DNA of 62,947 bases, filler included, from an uncultured Clostridia bacterium (GTDB lineage Bacteria > CAYTYR01 > UBA6262), in NCBI GenBank assembly GCA_964441745.1. It is 5 parts of 4 records of this genome, joined end to end, with 100 filler letters (N's around TTAATTAATTAA, not from the genome) between each part and the next. Parts side by side here need not be neighbours in the genome. Positions count along the whole stretch, not along the records: positions 61,050 to 62,947 come from CAYTYR010000039.1; 4 more parts are not named here. One strand, written 5' to 3'. Position 1 is the first letter of the stretch, and each line of letters starts with the position of its first letter. The notes under the pieces are model-generated. The model had not been told where the DNA came from. It saw only the letters and a list, made by a program, of their open reading frames with translations, and made no database searches. Positions 61,050 through 62,947 of this stretch are shown here, piece after piece. The position numbers and the translations under genes are program-made.

Positions 61050-61811
61050 GGGATAGTGAAGAAAAGGGAAGAAGAGTTAGCCCATAGCAATAATGAAAAT
61101 GTGAAGTTATACCAGAATGTCCTGGACCTGAACCGTAACCTGGAACAAAGGATCGCTTTGGCGACCAAAGAGATCGCTGAACGTAGTAAGGAAAATGAGC
61201 AGTTATACATACAGCACAGCCGTTTATTTATTGATGTAACCAAGCTCCTGTCACTGGCGGTGGAAGCCAGGGATCCCTTTATCCGGGGTCATGCCGAGCG
61301 GATGACCAAATACGCCCAGGCTGTCTGGGAAGAAATGGTGATCAATTTCGGGCTCAAAGACTCACCGGAAACACAAAGGGTTTTATTCATGGCTTGCATG
61401 ATGCAGAATATCGGCCGGATCGCCGTGCCTGATACTATTTTGAAAAAGAACGGGCCGCTGACGCCTGCAGAATGGGCTGAAGTAAAAAAACATCCCGTGA
61501 TCGGCGCTCATATTATTAAGCAGATAGATGAGCTGAAGGAAGTAGCTGAAGCCGTACTGCATCATCGGGAGCAATTTGACGGTACAGGGTATCCCCAGGC
61601 TTTGCGGGGAGAACAAATTCCCCTGGTTGCCCGCATTATTGCCGTGGTTGACGCTTTTGATGCCATGATCCATGACCGGCCATTCCGTCCGCGCAAAGAG
61701 AATATTGAAGCGATATCCGAGATCAAACGAGGATCTAATACCCAATTTGATCCCACGATAGTACAGGCTTTTATCAATGCCTATGAAAAAGAAAAAATAG
61801 TGGATCTTTAA
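61050..61811 (+). CDS. HD-GYP domain protein with degenerate HD motif (5' truncated)
   Basis: GHAERM, MQNIGRI in place of LHDIGK, HHREQFDGTGYP, VDAFDAM, RPFR. Confidence 0.85.
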   Translation, partial: GIVKKREEELAHSNNENVKLYQNVLDLNRNLEQRIALATKEIAERSKENEQLYIQHSRLFIDVTKLLSLAVEARDPFIRGHAERMTKYAQAVWEEMVINFGLKDSPETQRVLFMACMMQNIGRIAVPDTILKKNGPLTPAEWAEVKKHPVIGAHIIKQIDELKEVAEAVLHHREQFDGTGYPQALRGEQIPLVARIIAVVDAFDAMIHDRPFRPRKENIEAISEIKRGSNTQFDPTIVQAFINAYEKEKIVDL

Positions 61812-61821
61812 AGGATCGCCG

Positions 61822-62217
61822 ATGTTTAAAAAATTTGTCGTGGCTACCAGCCTGAATACTGAAATGATCGATATAACTTCCCGGGTCCAGGAGATCGTTG
61901 CCGGGATAAAAATAGACACCGGCCTGTGCTGTGTTTTTATTCCCCATACTACCGCCGGCATTACTATTAATGAAAATGCGGATCCCGCGGTGCGCCGGGA
62001 TATGCTGGTGGAGTTGAATAAAATTGTGCCTGAACGCGAGTATTTTACCCACATCGAAGGGAATTCAGCCGCGCATATTAAGGCCAGCCTGATCGGTTCT
62101 TCAGTAACTGTCCCTGTAGAGGCCGGGAAACTGGCACTGGGGACCTGGCAGGGGATCTATTTCTGTGAATTTGACGGTCCGCGGGCAAGAGAAGTTTGGG
62201 TGCAAGTAACCGGTTGA
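61822..62217 (+). CDS. yjbQ: UPF0047 / YjbQ family protein
   Basis: PHTTAGITINENADP, H.EGNS.AHIK, LGTWQGIYFCEFDGPR. Confidence 0.93.
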   Translation: MFKKFVVATSLNTEMIDITSRVQEIVAGIKIDTGLCCVFIPHTTAGITINENADPAVRRDMLVELNKIVPEREYFTHIEGNSAAHIKASLIGSSVTVPVEAGKLALGTWQGIYFCEFDGPRAREVWVQVTG

Positions 62218-62294
62218 TGGTTGATTGTCCGCTCCGATCTGTGATCGGAGCTCGTAGTTGATCGAAAAAGCTTTTTCTATCATCCATTAATTAC

Positions 62295-62451
62295 GCCTCG
62301 CTGTCACGCTGCGTCGTTCCGAAAAGCGTGTCGTTTTCCCCTGCGAGGAAAACGCACTCAATTCTCGCTTGAGTTCCCCTACGGGGATAAAGAGTCCATG
62401 CCAACTCAAGCTCCGAACGTTTTCTACACGACATCAGCGGCCGCGCTCGGC
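62295..62451. repeat. ~160-bp structured dispersed repeat, copy 2
   Basis: Colinear homology to 6091-6252. Confidence 0.88.
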
Positions 62452-62473
62452 TAATGAATAGAGTGAGGGATTA

Positions 62474-62947
62474 ATGTCCTTTATATATGAGTTAGTAGCA
62501 GGAAGACATGCCGAATATAATGAAGATAGATTGACTCAAATATTTGCTGCTTTATTCAATAAATCTTCCGGTTTTAAGCAGATTGCTTGTGAGTTTTTGG
62601 AAATCAATTATGATAAAGGTTTGGAAGCAGGAACCCAATGTTACTGCAAAACAGGAAAAGATGCTGGAAGATTAGATCTTAGAATAAAAAGAAATAACAG
62701 AATTATCATTATAATTGAAAATAAAATTGATGCCTTGTTAACAAAAAAACAATTAGATAAATATGATAGTATTAAGGGAATAAGAACTTGCTCAAGGGCT
62801 GTTATAACAAAGTGGTCCCCTGATATATACTGTAGAAAATGGAAACCTTATCGCTGGAGTGAGTTTTATGAATTCTGTAATGCAAAAAAGGATAATCTGT
62901 CGAAAACTGATAAATTTTTAATAGATGAATTCCTAGAATATTTGGAG
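62474..62947 (+). CDS. PD-(D/E)XK nuclease superfamily protein (runs off window)
   Basis: Not in the ORF track. Manual translation: MSFIYEL..NEDRLTQIFA...GRLDLRI....IIIENKIDA...QLDKY...RWSE; AT-rich. Confidence 0.75.
   Translation, partial: MSFIYELVAGRHAEYNEDRLTQIFAALFNKSSGFKQIACEFLEINYDKGLEAGTQCYCKTGKDAGRLDLRIKRNNRIIIIIENKIDALLTKKQLDKYDSIKGIRTCSRAVITKWSPDIYCRKWKPYRWSEFYEFCNAKKDNLSKTDKFLIDEFLEYLE

Overview
The window is a pseudo-scaffold of five contigs joined by artificial 100-bp N-TTAATTAATTAA-N linkers, so adjacency across linkers is meaningless. The organism is a moderate-GC diderm bacterium (Pal, SurA, outer-membrane barrels). Contig 1 (1-22511) is a housekeeping run: GH57-like, HEAT, HD-GYP, HEAT, fadD, mfd, PrsA-like, SurA-like, pdxA. 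An ~8-kb AT-rich, integrase-less defence island (AbiE type IV TA + type I RM) sits at the fadD/mfd junction, with a 33-bp duplication of the fadD 3' end. Contig 2 (22612-41311) carries a PIN toxin, an EcoRI-family MTase + DUF262/HNH nuclease and a degenerate primase-ATPase behind a structured leader. It also has an HUH (Y1/RAYT) transposase bounded by 28-bp inverted repeats with tandem end copies, and a cluster ending in a >3250-aa secreted lipase-headed giant protein. Contig 3 has a YaiO/HEAT/GT2 polysaccharide module, pal, SpoIID-TPR, mscS, and an unusual pilin/chaperone/usher-like locus mixing WxL-DUF916-type and secretin-N-like features. Contigs 4-5 hold asnB/GT4, a degenerate HD-GYP, yjbQ and a PD-(D/E)XK nuclease. 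A ~160-bp structured repeat occurs twice (6091, 62295), both times at a core-gene/defence-gene boundary. All family calls come from motif recognition by eye; no searches were run.
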